DNA from: a virus
Taxonomy: Duplodnaviria > Caudoviricetes
Virus record (IMG/VR): IMGVR_UViG_3300033121_001593
Span: 1 to 64,000 of that record
Length of the DNA: 64,000 nucleotides
Strand: one strand, 5' to 3'
The notes under the pieces are model-generated. The model was given only the letters and a program-made list of their open reading frames with translations, was not told the DNA's origin and searched no databases. Below, piece after piece: positions 7,871 to 17,165 of the stretch; within the stretch, counting starts at the first letter, position 1, and the number at the start of each line of letters is the position of its first letter. The position numbers and the translations under genes were made by a program.

Positions 7871-9568
7871 CTACAGCCGCGGTAACTCGATCTGCACCGT
7901 GGTGCGCGCCCGCACCAGGCCCTCCAGGTAGACCCCGCTTAGGTCGGTCAGGATCGCGGCCCGCCCCTTCGCCGCCGCCACCGCGCCCGTCGTGCCGGAG
8001 CCGGCGAATGGGTCCAAGATCACGCAGGGCACGGTGGCCATGGCGACGTCGACCATCGCCAGAAGCGGCCGGATCAGATCGGCCATCACCCGCTCATACT
8101 CGGCCTGCCAGGCGTCCATTTCGGCCCGCCACGCCATCCAGGCGACGCTCGCCGGACGCCCGCCCTTCCCCTTGCAGCGCGCGCAAACCGTCACATCGTC
8201 GGGGAAAAGCGGCGGCCCCGGTAGCTCGCCGCGGCCCTCGCAAACCGGACACGTCACCGGCGCGCCGGCCTCGATGCCCTCCGGCGTCTCAGGCTCATCG
8301 GGCAGATCGGGCATCGGCGGAATACCGTAACAGGCGCAGCCCGGCAGCCAGCCGAGCGTCGACGTGGATCGCTCAAGGTGCAGCGTCGTCAGGCCCTGGC
8401 CATGGTTGTGACCGCTGTCAGCGTCATAGGGGAGCGCGGCGTTCGGGTTGTCCACGCGCGGCACAGGCCGCCCTCGCTCGATCACCCGCCGCCAGGCAGC
8501 GCCACAAGTGGGGCAAGCGCCTCGCTCGCTGGTCGACGCGGAGATCATCGTCTCGACCAACTTGGCCGGCCAGACGGCATAGTGAGCGCCAGGGAATGGC
8601 CGCGGGGTGACCGTCCAGACGCTGCGCAGATTACGCCCCGGCGGCCCCGGCCGCGCATGGATGCCGACGTTGTTCACGTTGCCCGGCTGGCCCGTCTCAG
8701 CCGCCCGGTCGTCATAGGCTTTGTAGTTCTTGGCGTAACGCAGATTATGATCCCGCTGGGTGTCCGAACTATTCTCCTCCCGCACCGCCTCAGCGTCCCA
8801 GTAATATCGCTCGCCCAAAGCGAAGACGAAGATATCCTCGTGAGACCGTGACGGCCGATCCTTGACTGGTTCGGGAAGCGGATTCGGCTTCGACCAAACT
8901 ATGCTCGACCGCAGCGTCCAGCCGTCCGCCTGCAGCGCAAAAGCGACACGCCACGGGATACCGATCAAGTCCTTGGCTTTTAGGCCCGTCGACCGCTTAC
9001 CCCGACCGACCGCCTCACCGTGCAGGCCGGCCGCGTGCTTGCCGCCCGTCGCCCCGCCCCACTTCGAGTCGTTGGCGTAGGAGTCCCCGATGTTGAACCA
9101 AAGGACCCCATCGGGCCGCAGCACGCGCCGCCATTCGCGGGCACAAAGAACGATGTGCGCCACGAATTCGGCGGGCGTCGGTTCCTGGCCCAGCGGCCCC
9201 TTCCAGCCGCCGCACTTGACGCAGTAGCGCCCCGTGCCGGCCCGCTGCTCACGCACGGCAACCAACGGCCCGCTGCCGGCGACGGCCTCCTGCGTGCCCC
9301 GCTTGAAGTTGCGGTTTTCATGCAGCAAGCCCCCGGCCGCCTCGCTCGACCATTCGTGAGCACAGGCCGGATCACAGCCCGCGACCTTCAGGCGGTGCAG
9401 GCCCGTCATCGGCGCATACTCGACCGTGGGCCAGAGAATATCCTGCTCCCCCGCATAGGCCCGCAGGCCGTAGTAAGGGGAGGACAGCATGATCGCCTGC
9501 ACCGAGCCGTCGGCGACCATGGGCAGATCGTGAGCCGGAGCCTGGTAAACTCGTATCAGATCGGCCAT
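7871..9568 (-). CDS. DNA methyltransferase (N4-C/N6-A, beta-class order) with Cys-rich insertions
   Basis: Motif IV-like LSSPYYGLR, NIGDSY, IVWSKPNP, HYAVWP, C-terminal ILDPFAGSGTT; start placed at MADLIRV. Confidence 0.88.
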   Translation of the reverse strand: MADLIRVYQAPAHDLPMVADGSVQAIMLSSPYYGLRAYAGEQDILWPTVEYAPMTGLHRLKVAGCDPACAHEWSSEAAGGLLHENRNFKRGTQEAVAGSGPLVAVREQRAGTGRYCVKCGGWKGPLGQEPTPAEFVAHIVLCAREWRRVLRPDGVLWFNIGDSYANDSKWGGATGGKHAAGLHGEAVGRGKRSTGLKAKDLIGIPWRVAFALQADGWTLRSSIVWSKPNPLPEPVKDRPSRSHEDIFVFALGERYYWDAEAVREENSSDTQRDHNLRYAKNYKAYDDRAAETGQPGNVNNVGIHARPGPPGRNLRSVWTVTPRPFPGAHYAVWPAKLVETMISASTSERGACPTCGAAWRRVIERGRPVPRVDNPNAALPYDADSGHNHGQGLTTLHLERSTSTLGWLPGCACYGIPPMPDLPDEPETPEGIEAGAPVTCPVCEGRGELPGPPLFPDDVTVCARCKGKGGRPASVAWMAWRAEMDAWQAEYERVMADLIRPLLAMVDVAMATVPCVILDPFAGSGTTGAVAAAKGRAAILTDLSGVYLEGLVRARTTVQIELPRL

Positions 9569-9741
9569 TAGCTGCCTAGAATGTAGCCGGCGACAAAAGC
9601 CAGCAGGCAGACGGCCAGCGTCGCTGACGTGTCGCCATGGCCCGAAAGAAGGGCGACGACCGTTCCCGCCGCCAGAAGCGCCCCCACCAGGATACTGATC
9701 CACCGCAGGAGCGTCTTTGTAACTCGTGGAGTATGCGTCAT
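9568..9741 (-). CDS. small two-TM membrane protein (57 aa, below track cutoff)
   Basis: MTHTPRVTKTLLRWISILVGALLAAGTVVALLSGHGDTSATLAVCLLAFVAGYILGS; overlaps both neighbours. Confidence 0.6.
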   Translation of the reverse strand: MTHTPRVTKTLLRWISILVGALLAAGTVVALLSGHGDTSATLAVCLLAFVAGYILGS

Positions 9742-9974
9742 TCTATGATCCTCATAACCGCGCGCTTGGCCGGGTCGGTGATCTCCCGGTATTGCGCTTC
9801 AATCGGCGGCGGATTTTTCACCGCCTCGCGCCGCATACTGGCGGCCTCCGCCTCCTTGGCGGACTTGCGCCGTGAGCCGGTCGCCGCCACGATTAACAGG
9901 CTGGTGGGGATCGAGGCCCCCACGCCAAAGATGACCCCGATAATCACCGACCATGCGTCCGGGCTAATGGGCAT
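9738..9974 (-). CDS. small single-TM membrane protein
   Basis: MPISPDAWSVIIGVIFGVGASIPTSLLIVAA. Confidence 0.65.
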   Translation of the reverse strand: MPISPDAWSVIIGVIFGVGASIPTSLLIVAATGSRRKSAKEAEAASMRREAVKNPPPIEAQYREITDPAKRAVMRIIE

Positions 9975-10140
9975 CGTTGCCCCCACGGTTGGCTGACGGC
10001 AGGCTAAACAGAACCAAAGCGGACAAGCCACTCGCAAGGCCGATCACAGCTATGACCTTGACCGGAAGCAAGAGCGCCAGGATCGACGCCACCCATAGCC
10101 CCAAGACAAAGAACGCTAGAAGCTCCAATCCCTTTTTCAT
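9964..10140 (-). CDS. small two-TM membrane protein (58 aa, below track cutoff)
   Basis: MKKGLELLAFFVLGLWVASILALFLPVKVIAVIGLASGLSALVLFSL; ATGA overlap. Confidence 0.6.
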   Translation of the reverse strand: MKKGLELLAFFVLGLWVASILALLLPVKVIAVIGLASGLSALVLFSLPSANRGGNDAH

Positions 10141-10520
10141 GATGCCGCCTTTTGTACCGTGTCCATAATCAGCCGGCGCGCCAGATCGTCATCATAGACG
10201 ACCGGGATACCGGTATAGGCGACGATATTAACGACGGCCTCTCGACCGGCCGCGACCGGTTCGGCTAGCTCCAGCACCCTGGCGATAGACTGCTCGTCAC
10301 ACAGGATATACCGCCCGGCGGCGTCTTCGACCGAGACCGCTCCGTAGATGTAACGGGTCACGACGATGGTCAGCGGCTTTATCCGGGGAAGCTGGGCCAG
10401 GCAGCGCAGCACGCTGTCGAGCGTGAGATCGGCGAACGGAGTCGGGGATGCCGGCACGGGGGGAAGGAAGGCCGCCATCAGCGCCGGCAGATCGTCATAG
10501 GGAAATTTTAAGTCAGTCAT
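10137..10520 (-). CDS. hypothetical protein
   Basis: GAGG RBS directly after promoter. Confidence 0.65.
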   Translation of the reverse strand: MTDLKFPYDDLPALMAAFLPPVPASPTPFADLTLDSVLRCLAQLPRIKPLTIVVTRYIYGAVSVEDAAGRYILCDEQSIARVLELAEPVAAGREAVVNIVAYTGIPVVYDDDLARRLIMDTVQKAAS

Positions 10521-10529
10521 AGTACCTCT

Positions 10530-10557
10530 ATTCTAACATGGTTATTCACCGTGTCAA
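10530..10557 (-). promoter_or_regulatory. sigma70-type phage promoter
   Basis: TTGACA-16-TAGAAT. Confidence 0.7.
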
Positions 10558-10673
10558 TAGGCGCTTGCTCGTGCCGGCCTGCGCCTAGCCGCCCGCTACG
10601 CCCCAAAAATCGGGGGTAGGTGGGCTTTTACCGCATGGGGCCGCGTATCACTACCGGCGGCCCGCAAATCGCC

Positions 10674-11276
10674 TCACGTTGGCCTGAACTCGACCGCCCA
10701 AACCCACGGATTGATCTCCCACGGAAAGCCGCGCCGGGCGTTGATGGCCTCCCACATCACCCGGTAGGCACAGGCCGCCGGCCGCGGATCGCCGGCCTGC
10801 ACACAGGCATCGAGCGCGGCCTGCGACACGCCCTCGGCGAGCGAGTCGGCCTCGCTGATATCCTGTAGCCGCTCAAGCCGCACGCTCTCGATTTCGAGCA
10901 CCAGGCGGCTGGCCCAGCGCGGCATATAGAGCGCCGGCCTCGCCCTCAGGCCCGGATACCGGACGCCGTCAGCCAGGTATCTAACCGACCGCGGCGGTCC
11001 ATGGGGATCGCCGGCCTCGAAGTAGGCCGCCTCCCTCACCCACAGCCGGTCGCCTATCACCCCATAGGGGCAGTGGTAGGTATACATCACCGGCTGGCCA
11101 TGCAGATCGCCCTCGACGTGGAACCATTCGCCAACTTGCACGACGCGCCCGGCGGTGAATGACGCGTCGCCGGGCGGTAAGACTCCGCTGCGCAAGACGC
11201 GCCGTGTCTGTGTCTTGCGCCCGTCCAGGATCGCCGGCAGGGAATCGCCCGTGAAGGAGATAGGCCGCTCCTTCAT
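10674..11276 (-). CDS. conserved phage ASCH/PUA-like protein
   Basis: MKERPISF..AILDGRKTQTRR..CPYG..GDRLWVRE..MPRWASR..VRLERLQDISE..NPWVWAVEF. Confidence 0.85.
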   Translation of the reverse strand: MKERPISFTGDSLPAILDGRKTQTRRVLRSGVLPPGDASFTAGRVVQVGEWFHVEGDLHGQPVMYTYHCPYGVIGDRLWVREAAYFEAGDPHGPPRSVRYLADGVRYPGLRARPALYMPRWASRLVLEIESVRLERLQDISEADSLAEGVSQAALDACVQAGDPRPAACAYRVMWEAINARRGFPWEINPWVWAVEFRPT

Positions 11277-11659
11277 CGGGGAGTCTCCTGTGACACCTTG
11301 TCGAGCCATTTACGGCTGACCGCGACGCGGGCATTGACGCCCTGCTGCTTGGCCGGCACGCCCGCCAGGAGCGCCGCAACGATCAGGGAGCCGTTGGCGA
11401 TATACTCGCCGCGGACACGTTCGGCGACGTGCTTGATCCAGTAGCTCGACGGCGATTTGACGCCGGCCCGCGCCGTGAGACGCGCCGTGCGCAGCCAGTC
11501 GCGACAAAACTGTATCTCGGCCAGGCCCCTCTCGCCTACAAGCTCGGCCCGCTCCTGAGCGTAGTTATCGCTATCGGGCGACCTGAAGCCGAAGTACGTG
11601 AGCGCCGGCACCGCGTCAAGTACCTCCCGAACATTCTCCGCCGTTATTTGATCTTCCAC
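11273..11659 (-). CDS. conserved phage hypothetical protein
   Basis: SSYWIKHVAER..YIANGSLIVAA motif; operon coupling. Confidence 0.7.
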   Translation of the reverse strand: MEDQITAENVREVLDAVPALTYFGFRSPDSDNYAQERAELVGERGLAEIQFCRDWLRTARLTARAGVKSPSSYWIKHVAERVRGEYIANGSLIVAALLAGVPAKQQGVNARVAVSRKWLDKVSQETPR

Positions 11660-11675
11660 CTTGCACCGTCCCTTC

Positions 11676-12095
11676 TTAGAGCACCATGCCCAGCAAGAGG
11701 CCGCCCACCAGCGTCAGCCCGGCAAAGATCAGGGCCGCAAAGAGCGCCGTTATTTGGCTCTCGCGGTGTCGATTTTCGACCGACGCCAGCCGGGCCTCTG
11801 CCGCTGCCAGCAGCCCATGGGCCGCGTCAAACTCGCCAAGCAGAAAGCCCACGTCCTCCCTGGAGTGCAGGAAGAACCGGGCGTCATCCTCGACCGTGCC
11901 AACGAAGCGGCCCGACAAGGCCGTCGCCTCGGCACGGTATGAGCCGCCGAATACCCTCGCCAGCGGAGTCGGCTGCCCCGGAAGATCAGCCTGGATCGTG
12001 ACAGGCTCGCCCGGCCCGAAGCTGACCGCCTGCCAGGGGCCATCGGTGACTAGATTCAGCCGGGCGCGGATCGCGCCGACACGTTCAGCCTCCAT
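11676..12095 (-). CDS. hypothetical protein with C-terminal TM helix
   Basis: T.GPW..DARFF..SREDV pattern; AGGAG RBS. Confidence 0.7.
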   Translation of the reverse strand: MEAERVGAIRARLNLVTDGPWQAVSFGPGEPVTIQADLPGQPTPLARVFGGSYRAEATALSGRFVGTVEDDARFFLHSREDVGFLLGEFDAAHGLLAAAEARLASVENRHRESQITALFAALIFAGLTLVGGLLLGMVL

Positions 12096-12381
12096 GCTTC
12101 TCCTTCCGCCTCGCCTCGCTTCGGGCGACGGCCTGCTCGAATACTTTTAACTCGACCTTACGCTTGGCGTTACGCAGGGTTGTGTAGGCCCCGCTTTCGC
12201 CCCGGCCCTCGATAGCCCAGCCGTAGGTGGTGGGCTTGACATTGGCCGGCGAGAGCGTCACCGTGCCGACAAGCTGATCGCCGGCATAGCAGCGGTGGAC
12301 CCGCTCGTCCTTGGAGTAGGCCCACTCCAGATGGGCGGCGTCGGGATGAAGTACCTTTTTCACCGGCATATTTCTCTCCAT
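12085..12381 (-). CDS. hypothetical protein
   Basis: Operon continuity. Confidence 0.65.
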   Translation of the reverse strand: MERNMPVKKVLHPDAAHLEWAYSKDERVHRCYAGDQLVGTVTLSPANVKPTTYGWAIEGRGESGAYTTLRNAKRKVELKVFEQAVARSEARRKEKHGG

Positions 12382-12758
12382 ACCTCGAAAAATTCAATGA
12401 TCCGGTCGATCACCGCCACGGCCATGCGCCGCAGATAGACGCCGGCCTCCTGTAGGTCCTCGGTCATGGTATTCGAGCCGGCGAGTCGCCACACGTTAGG
12501 CTCAGGCATGGGCGGCACGATCAAGGCCGGCGGCGGGTTGAGATAGACATAGCCGCCGTGCAGCACCGCTTCCAGCAGCGTCACCGCGCACCGCTCCTCG
12601 TGATCGACCACGAAATACTCAGCGACTCCGTCGTCCGCCGGTTGGCCGGCCCCGTCAACGCCATAGGACTCGGCACCGCACCACGGGCAACTGGAATCGC
12701 TCCACTGGTGATTCCATTCTAGCACGTCCTGGATAGCATAGCGAAGCGCGGTCGTCAT
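12360..12758 (-). CDS. hypothetical protein (CPWC...H..C zinc site)
   Basis: GGAGG RBS, start MTTALRY. Confidence 0.65.
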   Translation of the reverse strand: MTTALRYAIQDVLEWNHQWSDSSCPWCGAESYGVDGAGQPADDGVAEYFVVDHEERCAVTLLEAVLHGGYVYLNPPPALIVPPMPEPNVWRLAGSNTMTEDLQEAGVYLRRMAVAVIDRIIEFFEVWREICR

Positions 12759-13627
12759 GACGCGGCCTCCCATGCCAGGCCGGCCGCCATTCGTTCGGCA
12801 TAGCGCCGGGCCGTCTTCTCCCGGACCTTCTGATTGCCGACGCAGACGATGCACGTCTTGTCGCCCTGCCCGTTACAGGCGGGGCAGTCGACCAAGGCCC
12901 GGCTTGGCTTATGCTCGGCCCTCGCCGCAAGCTCGGCGGCCTTGACAGGGTCGGGAGCCAGACCGAATAAGAAGTCCGTGCGCCGGGCGATCAGCGTGCC
13001 GCAGCGCCCGGTTAGCCGCCGTCCCGCGCCGCTGCCCTTGCCCTTGCGCGGCCGTTCGGCCGTCAGCGGCCCGCTGAAGTAGCCGCTCATTTGGGCATAG
13101 GTCAGGCCGTGCGCGCCCAGGAAGATGAAGGCGAACAGCTCAGGATCGGAACGTCCAAGCTCCTGAAAGGCCTCGGCATACCGCTCGATCACGGCGGGCT
13201 TTTCCATGTGCTTCGCAAACTTGGCCGGCAGGCGCACGGTCTGCGCATCGACATAGCCGCCGTCGTCAAGGCCGGCAAAGCGCGTCAGGTCCTGCGGGAC
13301 AATCGTAAATAGCTGCCGGGCGTGATTGGCGACCCAGTCGTTCATGGCGGTTTTCATGATCTGCGACTCGTGCGCCTTCAGATCACGCTCAGGATCACCG
13401 GCCAGGCTTGGCTCGGTCCACTTCTTGAACCGCTTGAACGAGCAGGCGTCACAGATCGCAAAGATACACTTACGGCCCTTGAGTAGGTCGGTGACGAATG
13501 TATGATCGGTCTTAGTCGCGCACTTGGGGCAGGGCGCGCGCAAACGCGCCACGACATTCTGCGCGTGTCTGGGGCCATGATTGCCGTGCCTGGTCAGGCG
13601 ATAATCGGGCCTTGCTTTAGTCGGCAT
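12755..13627 (-). CDS. zinc-finger protein, possible transcription regulator
   Basis: CPKC..CDAC near N-terminus, CPACNGQG..CIVCVG at C-terminus. Confidence 0.65.
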   Translation of the reverse strand: MPTKARPDYRLTRHGNHGPRHAQNVVARLRAPCPKCATKTDHTFVTDLLKGRKCIFAICDACSFKRFKKWTEPSLAGDPERDLKAHESQIMKTAMNDWVANHARQLFTIVPQDLTRFAGLDDGGYVDAQTVRLPAKFAKHMEKPAVIERYAEAFQELGRSDPELFAFIFLGAHGLTYAQMSGYFSGPLTAERPRKGKGSGAGRRLTGRCGTLIARRTDFLFGLAPDPVKAAELAARAEHKPSRALVDCPACNGQGDKTCIVCVGNQKVREKTARRYAERMAAGLAWEAAS

Positions 13628-13898
13628 CTAATCCTCCGTCGTTTGAGTCTCCGAACACAAAAGCGGATTGGGGCGGCCGCGGCCGCCCCGACACGTCAGG
13701 AGCCTTTTTAGCGGGCTTAATCCCCGCCTCGGCCTCTAGCGCCTCGATCTGCGCGGTTAGTACGATGTACCGCTCAAGGCAGCGTTCCTGGTGCGCGTTG
13801 CCGGTCTGGTACACCCGCGCGCAGTTGGCGTCCCAGGCGATACGCTGCCGCTCCTTGCGCAGCGCATCCACCGCGGCCCTGAGCGTCTTACGGTCCAT
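13617..13898 (-). CDS. hypothetical protein
   Basis: Operon continuity. Confidence 0.6.
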   Translation of the reverse strand: MDRKTLRAAVDALRKERQRIAWDANCARVYQTGNAHQERCLERYIVLTAQIEALEAEAGIKPAKKAPDVSGRPRPPQSAFVFGDSNDGGLDAD

Positions 13899-14160
13899 CG
13901 AAGGCCGGGTTGTCTCTGCGGTAGAGCGACGGCACGCGTCGCGTATCTACCTCGTAGAAGTGCCGGCGGTTGACCTCATCGACAACTTCATCGGCCGGCG
14001 GAAAGACCTCGACGGCGCATACTTCCGGCCCAAGGTAGGCGTTCTTGAGCGCCTGCAGTACGCTCCAGGAGCAGCGCACTTCGCCGCCGTCAGGGTGCTC
14101 GACTATCATTCGCCGGCCCTGCAAGCCCTCGGTCACGGTCACCAGATACTTGACGGGCAT
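13888..14160 (-). CDS. hypothetical protein
   Basis: Operon continuity. Confidence 0.6.
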   Translation of the reverse strand: MPVKYLVTVTEGLQGRRMIVEHPDGGEVRCSWSVLQALKNAYLGPEVCAVEVFPPADEVVDEVNRRHFYEVDTRRVPSLYRRDNPAFDGP

Positions 14161-14163
14161 CCC

Positions 14164-14382
14164 TTATACCTCACCGTTTCGCCGGGCCTTGACGCCCCGC
14201 TGCCAGGCGTCACCCAGACCGGCCGTCCAAGGCTCATCACCCGGCCGCTGCGTCTCCCGAAGGACCGCCAGCAATGGCTCGATCTCACGGGTGAAGCCGT
14301 CCGTGCGTCGTTCCAGCCACCACACGGCCAGCCGGTCTATCCGGCACAGGAGCGCCAGATCGAGCAGGCGACGGGCGTTCAT
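14164..14382 (-). CDS. hypothetical protein
   Basis: GAGGA RBS, ATGA overlap. Confidence 0.55.
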   Translation of the reverse strand: MNARRLLDLALLCRIDRLAVWWLERRTDGFTREIEPLLAVLRETQRPGDEPWTAGLGDAWQRGVKARRNGEV

Positions 14383-14879
14383 ACTCGGTCCTCGATACAG
14401 ACTTCGCACACGCCGGAGAGCGTGCCGAATTTGAACTGCTTACCACAGAACGAGCAGAATTCGTGACCGGGAGCAGCTAGCTCGACCGCGATTTCGGGGG
14501 CGAGTCCGAAGTAACGCAGCCGGCCGGACTCGCCCTCAAGGCGCAGCAGGCCGACCTGCGCCAAGCCCGTCAGGGCAGTTGAGGCCATACTCTGCGAGAT
14601 ACCGAGCGCGCTGGCCACGTCGTTGCTATTGCGATAGGTGCTGGCGTCGGCCTCGAACAGCGCCAGCACCGCCTTGAGGCCGGGCGCTAGGTTGGCCCTG
14701 GCCAGGCTCGGCGCGATACGCGCGGCGTCCTCACCGACCGCCAGCCGGAACATGGCCCCCATGATCTCAGGCCCGATCAGGGCCGCCAGACGCGCGCCCC
14801 GGTCCTCCGCCGTTTCGCCTTCCAGCACGTAGGCCAGGCCCGGCAGATCGACGGCGATTCTACTTGGATATGTTAGCAT
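14379..14879 (-). CDS. winged-helix DNA-binding protein with C-terminal CxxC..CxxC
   Basis: SNDVASALGISQSMASTALTGLAQVGLL. Confidence 0.7.
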   Translation of the reverse strand: MLTYPSRIAVDLPGLAYVLEGETAEDRGARLAALIGPEIMGAMFRLAVGEDAARIAPSLARANLAPGLKAVLALFEADASTYRNSNDVASALGISQSMASTALTGLAQVGLLRLEGESGRLRYFGLAPEIAVELAAPGHEFCSFCGKQFKFGTLSGVCEVCIEDRV

Positions 14880-15315
14880 CTGTCTCTCCTTGGTTGACTT
14901 GAATTTTCTCTAGCGTCACCCCGGCCCCGGCCAGGAACGCAAGCGCCACGGGATCGGGATAGTCGCCGGCATAGACGACCCGCGCCAGGCCGGCGCTGAT
15001 CAGCATCTTGGCGCAGATCAGGCACGGCTGGTGGGTGACGTAAATCGTGCCGCCGTCGACGCTCACGCCATGACGGGCGGCCTGGATGATCGCATTCTGC
15101 TCCGCGTGCAGCGTCCGCACGCAGTGGCCGGCGACCATCAGGTGACCGATATCGTCGCAGTGCGCCAGGCCGGGCGGTGACCCGTTATAGCCGGTCGTGA
15201 GCACGCGCCGATCTTTGACGATGATCGCCCCGACGCGCGCCCGGTCGCACGTTGCCCGCTTGGCGACTTCGAAGGCGATACCCATAAAGTAGGCGTCCCA
15301 GGAAGGGCGGGTCAT
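14860..15315 (-). CDS. dCMP deaminase (ComEB-like)
   Basis: RPSWDAYFM..RATCDR..VGA..TGYNG..HAEQNA..PCLICAK. Confidence 0.95.
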   Translation of the reverse strand: MTRPSWDAYFMGIAFEVAKRATCDRARVGAIIVKDRRVLTTGYNGSPPGLAHCDDIGHLMVAGHCVRTLHAEQNAIIQAARHGVSVDGGTIYVTHQPCLICAKMLISAGLARVVYAGDYPDPVALAFLAGAGVTLEKIQVNQGETDANISK

Positions 15316-15527
15316 TGACGCTCCTCACGCGCCGGCACCGGGCCGGCCAGCAGAAGGCCCCGGCTGTCGAATATCCAGGCCGGCGGCTGGCCATGAAGCT
15401 CGGCGAAACGTCGGGCGGCGGCGTCTTCGTCGGTCTTAATCGGGAAGGCCAGATAGAAGTGCTCGGTCGGGCTGGGCGGAGTAAGGCCCTCGGACGAGAC
15501 GTAACCGTTGCCCACTCGGACCTTCAT
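15312..15527 (-). CDS. hypothetical protein
   Basis: ATGA overlaps on both sides. Confidence 0.6.
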   Translation of the reverse strand: MKVRVGNGYVSSEGLTPPSPTEHFYLAFPIKTDEDAAARRFAELHGQPPAWIFDSRGLLLAGPVPAREERQ

Positions 15528-16510
15528 AAGCCCTCGTCTGCTCCCTTCGCCATCTTGGCGATAGCGATAGCATAGCCAAGGTCGGCAAAGCGGCAGCGGT
15601 CCAGGAAGGCCGCGTCACGGCTCGACGGCTGTGGCTCATACTCCCATTCGCCCGTGCGGGAGAGCACATTGCCGCTGCAGCGCACGGCCCACAGATCGGG
15701 GCCTTTCATCTGCTGACACCGCTCGACCGTGACGCCAAGGACGGTCTCACGGTCGAGGCCGGAGTTGCCGGTCGGATCGGGCCGCTTGACCCAGATCGAC
15801 GCCACCCGCGCCAGGAGATCGTTATGCTTTTCGGCCAGCCGGCCCAGGGCGTCCTCCGCCCGTTCGGCGCGTTCGTGATTGTACGCCCCGAAGCGGGACG
15901 TATCCTCATACATCGCTTCCAGCGCGGCGACCCGCTCGCGGAGCGTGGCCGCCGCGGCTTCGGTTCCCGTCAGCTTGGCCCGCATCGAGTCGATGACCCG
16001 CGTCAGGGTTCCGACTTGCGTAGCCCGCCGCGTCGCCTCAGCGCGCACGCTCGTGACTTCGGCCAGTAAGCCGTCGCGGTCCTCGCGCAGCATATCGGAG
16101 AGCGGCCGCACGTCGTCACCGACCAGCACATTGATCGCGGCGACGCTTTTTTCGAGCTGCCCTCTGGTATCTTCCAGGTCCTGCTCCAGCTTGTTGCGGG
16201 TACGCATCAGATCGCCAATCGCGCGGCCGCGGCGGTCGACCTGCTCTTTTAGTTCGCCGGCCTCGGCGCGCATCCGGTCCACTTCCAGGCGCAGGGCGAT
16301 TACTTCGACCTTGGCGTCTTCCAGGCTATTCTCTGCCGTGGCCGCCCGGACCCGCTCCGCGCCAAGTCCCTCTTGACAAGCCAACAGGCTCCGCTCTAAT
16401 CTTTCTACCCGTGCCGCGCTGACCATCTTCTGGCGGCCGGCGACCGTCTCATTCGAGTCCGCCGTTGTCATCTTCCGTATCCTCCTCGTCACCAACAGGC
16501 GGGGCTTCAT
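15524..16510 (-). CDS. long coiled-coil protein with conserved phage C-terminal domain
   Basis: Heptad-rich; C-terminal WAVR..WEYEPQPSSRDAAFLDRCRF. Confidence 0.7.
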   Translation of the reverse strand: MKPRLLVTRRIRKMTTADSNETVAGRQKMVSAARVERLERSLLACQEGLGAERVRAATAENSLEDAKVEVIALRLEVDRMRAEAGELKEQVDRRGRAIGDLMRTRNKLEQDLEDTRGQLEKSVAAINVLVGDDVRPLSDMLREDRDGLLAEVTSVRAEATRRATQVGTLTRVIDSMRAKLTGTEAAAATLRERVAALEAMYEDTSRFGAYNHERAERAEDALGRLAEKHNDLLARVASIWVKRPDPTGNSGLDRETVLGVTVERCQQMKGPDLWAVRCSGNVLSRTGEWEYEPQPSSRDAAFLDRCRFADLGYAIAIAKMAKGADEGL

Positions 16511-17165
16511 AGCCGGCCCCAGGGCTGACCCGGCGCGCGCCGGATACCTGACCGATGATCGCCCTCACGTCGCGGCCGGTCTTGTCGATCACCGCGCGGG
16601 CGGCCGCGGCCGCCTCCGGCGACGGCCCCTCGATCATGACCGGGGACCCGGCCCGCGCAATCTCACGCAGGCGCGCCGGCGGGCTGAAAACGGCCCGCCG
16701 CAGTTCGGCCTCATACGATTCGACAAATCGGGCGCGCCAGCTTGGCTCGTCCTTGGGGCTGGATAAGCCGTAAGCCTTCCAGCCTAGCTGGTGCATCACC
16801 AGCGTGGCGATAGGGTCGGGCATCTGGTAGACGCCGTCCACGATCTCGACAATTCGCCCAAGCTGGCGCTTGACACCGGCCCAGGCGTCATAGGCGTTCG
16901 GCGGCCGGCCATTCGCCTGATACTCGACGGTCAGATCGAAGATCGCCTGAAGTATCTCGGCAATCGTCGGAAAGAACGTCTTGGTGCGTACCAAGTAAAG
17001 CGCCGCGGCATAGAGCACGTTCGGCGGATACTCCGCCAGGGCGTCCCGATAGACGCCCATCTTGACCTGTGCCGAATAGGCGTCGGTCTTGCCGACCGGA
17101 AACATGGCCGATATCAGAATCCAAAAGTCATCGAATGTTTGCGGGTTCTGCTGGGGCTGGCTCAC
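16449..17165 (-). CDS. replicative helicase loader/inhibitor-like protein (G39P-like N-terminus)
   Basis: VYRDALAEYP..LVRTKTFFPTIAEI; follows initiator; AGGAGG RBS. Confidence 0.65.
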   Translation of the reverse strand: MSQPQQNPQTFDDFWILISAMFPVGKTDAYSAQVKMGVYRDALAEYPPNVLYAAALYLVRTKTFFPTIAEILQAIFDLTVEYQANGRPPNAYDAWAGVKRQLGRIVEIVDGVYQMPDPIATLVMHQLGWKAYGLSSPKDEPSWRARFVESYEAELRRAVFSPPARLREIARAGSPVMIEGPSPEAAAAARAVIDKTGRDVRAIIGQVSGARRVSPGAGYEAPPVGDEEDTEDDNGGLE

